Shown piece by piece: positions 1 to 11,269 of a stretch of 64,000 nt of DNA. The stretch spans positions 1,770,115 to 1,834,114 of the forward strand of contig MU053365.1 in the NCBI GenBank assembly GCA_013239625.1, given 5' to 3'. A program made the position numbers and the translations under genes. The stretch comes from Lama guanicoe (Eukaryota). The notes beneath the pieces were generated by a model. It did no database searches, was not told the DNA's origin, and saw nothing but the letters and a program-made list of their open reading frames with translations. How positions within the stretch are numbered: position 1 is the first letter of the stretch; each line of letters opens with the position of its first letter.

Positions 1-39
1 CATAACCTTCAGTTCTACGAAGATGGGAAAATATAAATA

Positions 40-221
40 CTAGGCTATCGATCCAGGCAATAAGCTGGGTTCCGAGGATTACAAAGATGCATGAAATGCG
101 GCACCTACTTTCACCAAGGTTGCAGCCTGCGGAGTGTAAAGAAATCATCATTAGAGTGTAGTATGCTAAGTGCCACAATAAAATTATGCATAACAGAGAT
201 GTGTGTAATTGGAGCACACAG
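40..221 (-). mobile_element. LINE-2 3' fragment, old
   Basis: Degenerate match to the recalled reverse-complement L2 3' end (ccaggcaataagctggg...gattacaaagatgcatgaa). Confidence 0.5.
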
Positions 222-560
222 AGTATATTAGTTCAGGTCCTCTGAGAAGCAGACCAAGGCATGTTTAGATATGCAGGAGATCGAGTGGGTAAAATAATCA
301 GGTGTAGGCAAGAGAGCTTCAGACAACAAAGTAGGTGTGACTTATGTGAAGGAGATGGGGAAGGGGAAGAAGTGAAAACTGGGTAAAAAGAGTTTCATAC
401 TGCAGTGCGTTTCTCGGAGAGGTTTGGGCAGGTTGATGCCAGGAATCCTCAAGTCAAAGTTATTTACTAGAAAAGTCTACCCTTCCACAGGACGGTGCCA
501 GAATTTATAACCAGACGTACTCAATCATTGGCTAGAAGTTTTAGGAGAAGTCAGCCGAGT
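222..560 (-). mobile_element. ERVL-type LTR fragment (LTR16/LTR33-like)
   Basis: tattagttcaggtcctctgagaagcagac...gagagcttcagac...tactcaatcattggct resembles the recalled LTR16/33 consensus. Confidence 0.65.
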
Positions 561-719
561 GCGAAGTTGAGACGCCAAGTAAGGTAAAATGGAAACAGTT
601 TTCTCGTTTTATTTTACTTACCGTAGAACTTTGGCTCCGTAATTGGGAATATTGTTGCTTATTTCAGTACCTGATTGTAGTCATGGAGTATAATGTCACC
701 TATGGCTTTTTTTTTATTC

Positions 720-2910
720 CCTTTAGTTTTTGAAGATATTCCCAGTTGCTTTATGAAGCTGTCTTTTAAATCAAATAGTTAAAAAGGATTTATAAAGAAA
801 ATGCATTTATCTTTTAAAAAATATATTTTCCTATATAGTTACCTCTCCTGGTGTTCTTTATTTCTTTATGTAGAATTGAATTACTGGCTAGAGTCCTTTT
901 ATTTTAGGCTGAAGGGCTGCCTTTAGTGTTTGTTGTAGGCAGATCTGCTGAAGACAAACTGTTTTGTTTTGTTTTTTACCTACATGTCTTAATTTCTCCT
1001 TCATTTTTGAACCATAGTGTTGCTAGTTATAATATTTGTAAGGTACAGTGTTTGTCTTTAAGCGTATTAAATATGTAATCCCACTTCCTTCTGGGCTCCA
1101 TGGTTTCTGATAAGAAATCAAGTATTAATGTGCATTTCTTGTATATGATGAATGCCTCTTGCTGCTTTCATGATTATCATTCGTTTTTGACAAATTGATT
1201 ATAATGTGTCTAGGTATAGATCTCTTTCAGTTTTCCTATTTTGAGGTCACTGAGCCTCTTGAATGTGTAAATTAATGATTTTCATCAAATTCGGGAAGTT
1301 TTCAACATTTAATTCTTCAGGTAGTTTTTTCCCCTACCGTTAATGATGTCCCTAAGGTCTCTGAGGCCCTAGTCATTTTACATCGTTCTCTTCTCTTTCT
1401 GTTGCTGACAGGATGAGCTCAATTGACCAATCTACATGCTTACTAAAACTAGCTTCTGCCCTCCACAATCTGATTTTGGGAACCCTCTAGTTCATTTTTC
1501 ATTTCAGTTATTTTCCTCTTCAACTCCAAAATTTCTATTTTGTTCTTTTAAATTCTCTCTCTTAACTAATATTCTCAATTTAGTGAAACATCCATTTCCC
1601 TACATTTTTTAGTTCTTTAGACATAGTTTCCTTCAGTTCATTTAATGTATTGAAATATCTGATTTAAAGTCTTTGTTTAGAAAGTGCAATGACTGGGCTT
1701 TCTCTGGCAGTTTTTATTGATCCCCCGCCCCGCATATGAGTTGTACTGGTTTTTTGTTTGTTTCTTTGACTAATATTTTTTATAAATGGACTTTTTGATT
1801 ATAATGTGCCTACTCTAAATATCATATTCTTTCCCCATCCCAGTGTTTGTTGTTGCTGCCACTTACTGTAATTTTTGTTGTTTAGTGTTCTTTACCTTTA
1901 CCAAATTATATAATGTCCGTATTATTTTTATGTGTGGTCCCTGAAGTCTCTACTCTGTTAGCTTAGTAATCAGCTAATAATTGTACAGAGATTTATTTAA
2001 ACACCTGTAACCAAAAATAGCTTCCAGACTTTGACACTATGTGTGTTGGGGCATGCGTTTAACACATAGCTAGGCGGTGCACAACTCTGCCTGAGCCTCA
2101 GCTTACTGCAGGAGGTGAAAACATAGACCCTTCTCAGGTCTTACCTGAACATGTGTGCAGCACTGGGCATGTGTGTGGCCTTCTAGATCCCCAGGAGTAT
2201 ATTAAATGTTTCCAGAGCCCTTGAGAATATCTCATTCCCCACTCTCTCCTCCCAAGGTATTTGGTTATTGTACTGATTGCCCAAAATCTTATCTATCACC
2301 TCGGGCAGAAGCAACCTAAAACATTAGCTGGTAAATATATACAACAAATACCCCTGGGCCTACTGAAGCTTTAGCATCGGCCTCGTGCAGCTTGAACACT
2401 GGTCCAGTGCAGATTTAGCACTAGGCCAGTTCTCAGTTAATTGAAATAAAGATGAGCCTTTTGAGCAGGTCCTCCAAAGAGTCATCACTACAGGTCAGAA
2501 CAAATAATTACAGTTCCCCCTTGAACAATGTGGGGTTTAGGGGCACCGACACTCAATGCAGTTGCAAATCCATGTATAACTTATAGTGGGCTCTCCATAA
2601 CCACGGTATCTCTGTATTGCAGGGTTCTGCATCCATGGATTCAACCAACTGTGGATTGTGTAGTACTGTAGTATTTACTATTAAAAAAAAATCTGTGTAT
2701 AAGTGAACCTGCATAGTTCAAACCCGTGTTGCTAAAGGGGCAACTGTAATTATACTTTTTATGGATGAGTTCTGTTCTGCTCACTTTAGTCCTGGGTACC
2801 AATACCTGGAAAGCACACTGTTATTTTCATAGCTACTGCTGATATAAGGAACAGAGGATGAAAGTGGAGTAAGTTAAAATGCAACAAATTTCATTGTTTT
2901 AACCAATAAT
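720..2910 (-). mobile_element. Old L1 (L1MC/MD/ME-type) 5' region/ORF1 remnant, interrupted by MER8
   Basis: Antisense L1 motifs such as ccatggtttctgataagaaatca, ttcatcaaattcgggaagttttca and atttcagttattttcctcttcaactccaaaatttctatttt. Confidence 0.75.
2511..2746. mobile_element. MER8-like Tigger2-family MITE
   Basis: TIRs cagttcccccttgaacaa...gtgttgctaaaggggcaactg, TA on both sides, 236 bp. Confidence 0.85.
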
Positions 2911-2924
2911 CAGCATTATTTCCT

Positions 2925-3432
2925 CCAGCTGTATTGGGGAATGGTTGACAAAAAAAATTGTATATATTTAAGGTATATAGTGTGATGTTTACTTATACAA
3001 ATATATTGTGAAATAATTGCTAAAACCAGTGAAATAACAAATCCATCTTCTCATACAGTTACCTTTTTATTTGTGGTGAGAACACTTGATATCTACCCTG
3101 ATAGCAAATTTCAAGTATACAGTACATTATTATTAACTAGAGTCACCATGCTATACATTAGGTCTCTAAAACTTTTTCATCCTATAACTGAAGTTTGTAC
3201 CCTTTTGACAAACATCTTTTCCCCAACACCTCCCTGCTAGCTTCTAGCAGCCACTATTCTAGTCTGCTACTATGAGTTCAACTTTTTTCTTATATTCCAC
3301 ATACAAGTAAGGTCATAAAATATTTCTCTTTCTATGTCTGTTTTATTGCACTTAGCATAATATCTTCTAGGTTAATCCATGTTGTCATAAATGGCAGGAT
3401 TTCCTTATTTTTTAAAGGTTGAATAATATTCC

Positions 3433-3466
<34 letters not shown>

Positions 3467-4800
3467 CACCATAATTTCTTTATCCATTCATCCATTGATG
3501 GACACTTAGGTTGTTTCCATATTTTGGCTACAGAGCATAATACTGTTATGAATACGGGGGTGCAGATATCTCCTCTAGATCCTGATTTCATTTCCTTTGG
3601 ATATATACCCAGAAGTGGGATTGCTGATTCATCTGGTAGTTCCACTTTTACTTTTTTAAGGAACATCTATACAGCTTTTCATAATGACTGGAGCAATTTA
3701 TATTTCTAACAAAGGTGTACAAAGCTTCCCTTTTCTCCATCCTTACCAATACTTGCTACCTCTTTCCTTTTTGATAATAACCATCCTAGCATCTGTGACG
3801 TGAGAGCCCATTGTGGTTTTGATATGCAGTTCCCTGATGATTAGTGATGTTCAGCTCATTTTCCGTTACTTCTTGGCCATTTGTCTTTTTTTTATTGGAA
3901 AAACATCTATTCAGCTCCTCTGTCATTTTTTAATCAGATTGCTCATTTGTTTGCTTTGCTATTGAGTAGTATGGGTTTGTGTGCGTGTGTGCATGTATGT
4001 GTGTGCACACACGCACACAAACCCATACTACTCAATAGCAAAACAAACAAATGTGTATGCATGTATATACATATATGTATATGTAGGTAAAATATTAACC
4101 CCTTATCAGATATATGACTTGCAAATGTTTTCTCTAATTCCACAAGTTGCTTTTCAATTTTGATGATTGTTTCCTTTGTTTTGTAGAAACATTAGTACAA
4201 TGTAGTCACACTTGTTTATTTTTGCTTTTGTTTCCATGCTTTTGTTGCCATATCCAACAAATCATTACCAAAAGCAATAACATGAAGCTTTTCTCCTATG
4301 TTTTCTTCTAGGAATTTTATGGTTTCAGGCCTTACATTTAAGTCTTTAATCCATTTCAGTTGATTTTTCTGTATGGTATAAGATATGGGTCAATTTCAGT
4401 CTTTTGTATGTGGATATATAGTTTTCCATGAACTATTTTTTGAAGAGATTATCCTTTTCCTGATTGTTTATTCTTGGTGCCTTATCAAAGATTAGTTGAA
4501 TGTATATGCCTGTGTTGATTTCTGGACTGTTTATTCTGTTCCATTGATCTATGTGTCTGTTATTATGCCAGTACCATACTGTTTTGATTACTATAGTTTT
4601 ATATTATAATTGGAAACCAGGAAATGTAATGCTTCCAGCTTTATTCTTATTGTTCAGGGTTGGTCTGGCTCTTTAGGGTCTTTTGTAGTTCATCAGAATT
4701 TTATAATTGATTTCTCTTTCTGTGAAAATGCCATTGGAATTTTGATAAAGGTTACATTTGATCTGTAGATTGCTTTGGAAAGTATGGGCATTTTTAACAG
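2925..4800 (-). mobile_element. L1 (L1MA-type) 3' UTR and ORF2 3' part
   Basis: The minus-strand ORF 3412-3666 gives the ORF2 C-terminus ([14 protein letters not shown]...[19 protein letters not shown]). Typical 3' UTR. Confidence 0.92.
3944..4053. repeat. Inverted repeat with 50-bp arms, 10-nt spacer and 1 mismatch
   Basis: 3944-3993 is the reverse complement of 4004-4053 except at 3954/4043. Confidence 0.97.
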
Positions 4801-5590
4801 ACTTCACAGACTGGTCAGGTTGGTTTTGATGGGGAAAGTTCTTCACCTATGGGTGGATGTGAGGAGTCAAGTCTGCTTGGTGGTATGCAGTGGTTCTGAC
4901 ACCAGGGAAGGGACAGCAGCATTGTCTTCATGCAGCTTCGTCAGCTGAGGTCAGCATAGTGAAGACTGCAGGGGTCCTCTGCTGCCAAGCCTGTGAGTGC
5001 CCATAGGGGCAGTGTGGGTTGCTGGATTTTTAGTATCACGTGCTACTACATTCCTCCTGTTCTCTTTTTTTTTCCTACAAGGGAAGTTGTTACTGAGGGG
5101 ATCTCTGCTGGCACCCAGTCCAGCTCATGAGTGCACTCTTGCTGGCGGTGGCACCAGTGTCTGATGAGCAAGTGCCATGGAGGGGCCATGGAATCAGGGT
5201 CTAGAATGTGGGCATGCATGGAGGGACTCTGGCTCCAGAGCTCAGGCTGGTGGTGGTTTCAGTGACTGGGGCTCAGGTATCCTTACTGCAGCATTGCTGT
5301 TGGTGTGCAAGGCACAGGCCCTTGTGGACTGGCCACAGAGGCAGGGTCCAGGGTCCAGGTATTATGGAACAACAGTGGCTCCGAGGTTGGGAGACAGGTG
5401 ATACTGCTGTGGCAGTGGCTCAGGCATCCTCAGCTCAGGCGCCTGTGGAGCAGCCATGGAGCTGGAGTCTGGAAAGCAAACACATGAGAAGTCACTATAG
5501 CTCTGCGGTACAGTGCATAGACACACCTGCTGTCGCAGTGGCTCCAGTGTCAAGGCATGGACACTCAGAGAACAGCTGTAGAGCCAGGTT
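4801..5590 (-). mobile_element. GC-rich L1 5' UTR-like segment
   Basis: Abuts L1 ORF2. Starts acttcacagactgg...ggggaaagttcttcacc, as in antisense L1M 5' UTRs. CpG-decayed GC-rich composition. Confidence 0.6.
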
Positions 5591-5805
5591 GTACATGCAT
5601 ATATATTATTAACAGTCTATTCAAGTTTTCTGTTTCATCTTTACTTAGTTTTGGTAGTTTCCATCTTCATAGGAATTTGTCCATTTCATGTATGTTCTCA
5701 TTTCTTTGGGTACAAACATGTTCTTAGTATTCATTTATTATATAAAATATATATTTATTATAATTGTAAAGGAAAACACTGGAATAAGTGTGGGATAGGG
5801 TGGAG

Positions 5806-5840
<35 letters not shown>

Positions 5841-5962
5841 TGTATATATATATATGTGCATATATATATACACACACATTAGGGTGTGTGTGTATGCATG
5901 GTTATATGTATGGATACATGTGTATATATATATGAATGTGTGTAAGGATATGTGTACATACA
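5806..5962. repeat. Compound (TA)n/(CA)n/(TG)n microsatellite
   Basis: Directly visible alternating purine-pyrimidine tract. Confidence 0.95.
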
Positions 5963-5974
5963 CTTACTCCAGTG

Positions 5975-6345
5975 TTTCCCCTTATGATTCCTAAAATGTA
6001 CCATACTACATTGTACCTCTATACTTTTGCTGTTGTGATTCCATCTACCTGGAATCTCGTTGGCCTGGATAGTGTCTCTTCACCTCTGGTGATGTATTAC
6101 AAGCATCATCACATCTAAGAAGCATCCTTGTACACATTTAGACAGGTTTAGTGATAATCATCTCTTCTCCCATGGCATACCTATCCTTGCACACATACCT
6201 TGTATTGAAATAATCTCTTTCATATGACTAACTTTCCCAATTGACTATGAGTTACTTTGGAACAAGGAATACTTTTTCTTTTAATTCCAGTGGCTAAAAA
6301 ATGGTCAGCACATGGTTTGTTATCAGTAACTACTGAATTGGACAG
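5975..6345 (+). mobile_element. LINE-2 3' fragment
   Basis: cttttgctgttgtgattccatctacctggaat...gactatgagttactttggaacaaggaat matches the recalled L2 3' end. Confidence 0.65.
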
Positions 6346-6464
6346 AACTTATTTAAATCAATGTGAAGGATACACAGATGTGAGCAAATCTGGAAATTGT
6401 AGAAATCATTTTTCCTTGTGAATAATGTCTGCCTGATTATGTGCAAATAATAATAATGAAACCA

Positions 6465-6710
6465 TCAGCAGTAACAATAGCCTCCTTGCACCGAGTTGCT
6501 GAAGTGGGCCAGGTGTGGAGTATATGCTTTATGCATGTTCTCATTTCATCTGCACAACAATTATGAGAAATACCAGCATTTTTATCTTTTTGATTTAGAA
6601 CCAAGGACATCTAAATGTGAGATTAAAGCAGCATGCATTTGGGGACGAGGTGGCCGAGTGGTTAAGGCGATGGATTGCTAAAGCAGCATGCATTTCATAC
6701 TCACTAATAT
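6465..6710 (-). mobile_element. MIR remnant hosting the tRNA retrocopy
   Basis: gccaggtgtggagtatatgctttatgcatgttctcatttcatctgcacaacaa...gatttagaaccaagg. Confidence 0.6.
6644..6681 (+). pseudogene. Tailless retropseudogene: 5' half (nt 1-38) of tRNA-Ser(GCT)
   Basis: GACGAGGTGGCCGAGTGGTTAAGGCGATGGATTGCTAA is 37/38 identical to the recalled mammalian tRNA-Ser-GCT 5' half. Flanked by the direct repeat taaagcagcatgcattt (6624-6640, 6679-6695). No T-arm or B-box. Confidence 0.93.
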
Positions 6711-8179
6711 GACTCTCATTTTTTTCTCATTTCTATTCATATTATGCTTTGGGTAGACTCTCTAAGCATATGTCCTTCCAAATGCCTTCATAAATCTTCT
6801 ATAGTTGCTGTCCTCTACAGCTTTAATGAGGTAGGTAGATTTTTCCCTTTAATTAGCAGACGTTAAAGTGGGGAAATTGTTTATATTTACATGTTTTAGA
6901 CAGGCCATATATTTTCTCAGAAATTTTTAGAGCTAACTGGTAGAAGATGTAATTTCCCTCATTTAAAAAGGTAAAATACTCTGGCTATGAATGCTAATGT
7001 GTTTTAGAAGGGGAAAAAAAAACCCTACCCTTTCACTAATAAATAGAAGACTGTTCTACTCTCAGTTCTTTATTTCACTAATTTACTATATTATCTTAGG
7101 AATTGCTTCTCTTTTCTTGGCTTCAATTTGCTCAGCTTCGTAATGAAAGCATTGAAATAAATTATCTAAGGCCCCTTTGAGTTCTAATATTTTGTAAATT
7201 CCTAGCACATAATAGTCACATTTGGTAAATAGGTAAATGCGTGGCTTTAGTTTATCACCAACTACCCAAATTATTTATGTGCTAAAGTTCTCGTGAATCT
7301 ATCTTCTCTTTCTTTTTCTACCACCATTCTTGAAGTTGGACCTGAACAATTGCAGTGGTCTCTGAAATAATGTCTCTGCTCTAATTGCATGGTCCTCCAA
7401 ACTTTTTTGCACACGTCTTGTAGTAGTACCATTCTCGTGATAAAAATTCCTCAGAAGAAACCTATATGATTCAGGAAAAATTCCAAACTATTCATGGACT
7501 ATAAGGCTTTTTATGATCTGGCTTCAAACTATCTTTCTACCCTCATATTTCTCCATGATTCTCAAGCATTCCAAATTCCATGAGTGAAGCATTGTTTATC
7601 ATTCCATGAGAGTATCATAAATTTTATACCCTGTAAGTTTTTTTCATATTACTTTTAATTCCTGTGATGCCTTGTCCACCATACCTTCTCTCTCTCTCCC
7701 TTCCACCCATCCCTCTTTTCTAAGCCTAAGGTGATACTGAATACCTCAATGTGTGTCAGCTGCCTACCTCCACAATGATCTATTATATTCATAAGCATGG
7801 TGAGAAAAACAATTATGTGGTTTCTAAAGGTTCAGTCCTATCGATCAAGTAGGCAATTCCCAGAAGAGAAGGGCTAGATACCAAACAGGTGTCAGTAGTA
7901 CTCATGATTTCAAAATATGACTGATCATTGTAATGATATGAAAATTTATTTTAAATGTACTGCTTCAAGTCCTCAACTTTTTGGGATTTTGCAAGGTGAT
8001 AAATAAATAATACCCTCTCCCCTGCCTATGTTCTGAGCCAAGTAGGAGACAAGACAAACAATCCAAGACAGGCATCAACATGTCACTTTTATTATGAACA
8101 AAGTTATTATTAGATAATGTAGCTCATATCTGAAAAAAGCGGACTTCTTTTTTTTGACTTCAAAATTTTTTTTCTGATA

Positions 8180-8550
8180 TATTTTTTAAAATGAAGTATA
8201 GTCAGTTGACAATGTTGTGTCAATTTCTGGTGTACAGCATAATGTTTCAGTCATGCTTATACATACATGTATTCGTTTTCAGATTCTTTTTCATTTTAGG
8301 TTACTACAGGAAATTGAATATGCTCCTCTGTGCTGTACAGTAGGACCTTGTTGTTTATCTATTTTATATGTAGTAGTTAGTATCTGGAAATCTTGAACTT
8401 TCAATTTATCCCTTCCCACCTCCTTTCCCCCCTGGTAAACATGTTTGTTTTCTATGTCTGTGAGTCTGTTTCTGTTTTGTAAACAAGTTCATTTGTGTCT
8501 GTTTGTTTTAGATTTCACATATAAGCAATATTGTATGGTACGTTTCTTTC
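8180..8550 (-). mobile_element. 5'-truncated L1 3' UTR (artiodactyl/camelid type)
   Basis: tgaagtatagtcagttgacaatgttgtgtcaatttctggtgtacagc...ttttagatttcacatataag. Confidence 0.88.
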
Positions 8551-9599
8551 TTAATACCAAATTCCACACGTAGGCAGAGTTGTCTACCCAGTCATTAACA
8601 ACAATAGATCAAGGCAGATTTACAACATAAGAACAGCAGATGAGAATAAGTGTACTCCATAGACAAGTCACTCCCTAGAGAGAGTGGGGAGGAAAGGACA
8701 GAGCTAGCCGATGCCCAGTTCCCCCACCTGACTCATTCATTCATTTGTAAATAAGTGAGAGATGCAGAAGGCTGAGTGGGTTATAATATGATAGATTCCT
8801 CTGCGTGGGAAGCAGCATCAGGAGGGGAAATATGTGCACACATGTTTCCCCATAATACTGCCTAAGACTTACTAAATCACTGACAATCTCTAAAGTAATT
8901 AATTTTTAAAGCCTCAGAAATTTAAGGTACTTCTGATACATAGGCAAGTTCAGGAATTACTATATTCCCTCAGGGAATTAAATTTTTACTGTTTTCAGAT
9001 TCTTTTTCTGAGAGAACTTGGGAAACCACGAAACAGTCTCAAGGGAATAGCAAGGTAAAATTTTGTTTTGTAAAGGAGCAATGCATATTTTTATAAACAA
9101 AACAGAGACCTTTATCAACAATATTGATATCCTGCTTATGATCCATTTCAGTGCTTCTCAAGCTTGTTCACACCTTGGCACACATAGAAGGTGTTAATAA
9201 TTAGTATAAAGTAGTGGGGTAAATAGATGAGGCTACTTGTGACCACACCCAATGCATAGATGGCCACCTTAAAAACTAATTGGATTCCATCATGCTGGTT
9301 ATAACTTAACCCGTTTACATAGCAGCCCAGTGTGATGTAAAGTACAAGCAAACTGGGGTAAATGTAAATACCTGTAGCCTAGCTGCCCCTGACAGACAAT
9401 GTTGAAGTTACTTTAAGGGCGTGTGTCATTGATTCACCATATTCCATCGTTGGTCCTATATAGATAAGACCATACACCTGTGAAGGTTATGGTGTAGTGA
9501 TGCAGACTTTTGAGTAAATATCACATGAAGAGAGAAGTAAGAATGGTTTTAATTACTAAGAAGAAAAGCAAAGTGCATGAGTATGGCACGGGAGAGGAC

Positions 9600-10092
9600 C
9601 TGACTTACAGGAATATATGTTAGTCAAGCAAACATGAGGGGAAAGGGTGCCCCAGACTGTAGTGAACAACATTTGTGAAGAACACTGGAGAAGAAAGAGC
9701 TGGAGCAATCTGAACAACTAAAAGAAGTCCCATGTGACTGAACAGCATTGTACCTTTTGAAAATGAGGAAGAGTGACATAAAATGAAGGTGAAGAAATTC
9801 AGGGACCGGCCAAGTCTTATAGGGAAAGCTAAAGATTTTAGATTTTGTCTTAAGCCCAATGGAAAAGTATCAGAGGATATTACGGTGAGTGACACTGTGT
9901 GATTAGCATTTATAGAAGGATAACTCTTCAGGGGATTTGATTGGATGGGGCAAGACTGGCAGTAGGGAATACATGTGAGAGGCAGCTGCTGCAGCTCTGA
10001 GTGGTCATGGTGATGGGACTGCAGTATCAGAGGAGGGCATCTAGGGAAACAGTAATCTGAACATGCACCCTGGGCAGAATGTGTAGGGCTTT
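9600..10092 (-). mobile_element. LINE-2 fragment (left part)
   Basis: gatttta gattttgtcttaagcccaatggaaaag...gtgacactgtgtgattagcattt...ggcaagactggcagtaggg resembles the L2 consensus. Confidence 0.75.
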
Positions 10093-10555
10093 GTAAGGCT
10101 TTATTCATGGTTATCACAATTGGACAGTCATATGGTTGACGAGAAACACGACAACCCACACAATTAGTGGTTGAAGTTCTTTGATGGCAAAGAATATGGA
10201 AGGCAGCAGAGACTCTTCCATAACGTATGAGGGAACATCGCATTCTCTCAGACTGATGCTTGATTTATCAAGTCTCTTAAAGTTCCTCATGAATACCTGT
10301 AGCTGTAAATAATGTCACATAACTAAAGTTACACGAGGCAGAGGACTCTTCCTCTACCATTTTCGTTGGACCTTCTCTTGCTATATGGTTGTGCAAATAA
10401 CTTGATAAAATAACCACGGAACTTTTGTAAGTGCTTATTATGAAATGGATGGTACAAGGGTTAATTTTAAGGAGAAAGTTCCTGTAGACTTGTCTGGGAC
10501 TAATTACAACTTCATGCAGCAATTGACGGGGGATCCAGAAGAATTTAGTTTGCTC

Positions 10556-11190
10556 CAAGTACAAATGTCAAACTGGAAATTAAATGTACAAATCTTTAGT
10601 TCACAGGAAATTTAGATATAAATAATGGAGTAAGCAACATTAGATGGCATGGGCTTACCCAAGGAGAGTACAGAAAGAGGCGAAGAGAGTCCAGGGCAAC
10701 GCGTTGGATAACTGCAGCATCCAGTGGTGGGAAAGGCAAAGAAGAGTTGGGAGAGCAGACTGAAAATATACAAAAACAAAGCTAGTGTATCCTCACCAAG
10801 GCAATAAAAGAATAATGAGTGTTCCAAAACTGAGTGGGCATCTATATCATGCACCAAGTGAAATTAAAATTAATGATTCTACTGGATTTGCCAAACAGGA
10901 CTCGTTGGAAATAGCAGTTTCAGTGCATTAGTGGGAGACCAGAGCCAGAATGTAGTGGGCTGTAAGGAAGTGAGGAAGAGCAAGTATGAATTTTTTTTAA
11001 AATCTGTACTCTAATCCAAAAGAATGAGAAAGGATCAGAGATGAGGGAAACTGTTGAGATCCCAGGATATAGTGGAGTGTTTGAATGCTAAGAAAGACGA
11101 TCTAGTAGAGGAGATTGAAGATACAGGAGGAAGAGTGGCTACCTGAAGAAGCAAACTCCTTAAAAGGCAAAGAGAAATGGGATGCAGACA
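10556..11190 (-). mobile_element. LINE-2 fragment (right part, same element)
   Basis: ctactggatttgccaaac...agcagtttcagtgcattagtgggagaccagagccagaatgtagtgggctg resembles the L2 consensus. Confidence 0.75.
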
Positions 11191-11269
11191 ACCAGTGGAG
11201 GAATTGGTGGTGTGGGGGTGTGTGTGTGCATGTGTGTGGGTGTGTGCACTGTGGGCATGGGCACACACA

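Noticed and set aside
4780..4830. Spliced L1 joining the 5' UTR to ORF2
   Set aside because: The ORF2 side of the junction is not preceded by an AG acceptor in the L1 sequence I recall. A simple deletion or two adjacent elements is more likely.
5651..5994. YIYI/HTHT/CVCV-rich ORFs here and near 3419, 11035, 17447, 54714 and 61185
   Set aside because: Translations of dinucleotide microsatellites.
6644..6681. Functional tRNA-Ser gene
   Set aside because: Only the 5' half is present. There is no variable arm, T-arm/B-box or 3' acceptor strand.
9620..10243. 207-aa minus-strand ORF
   Set aside because: It runs mostly through decayed L2 and across an insertion junction, with no recognisable domain.
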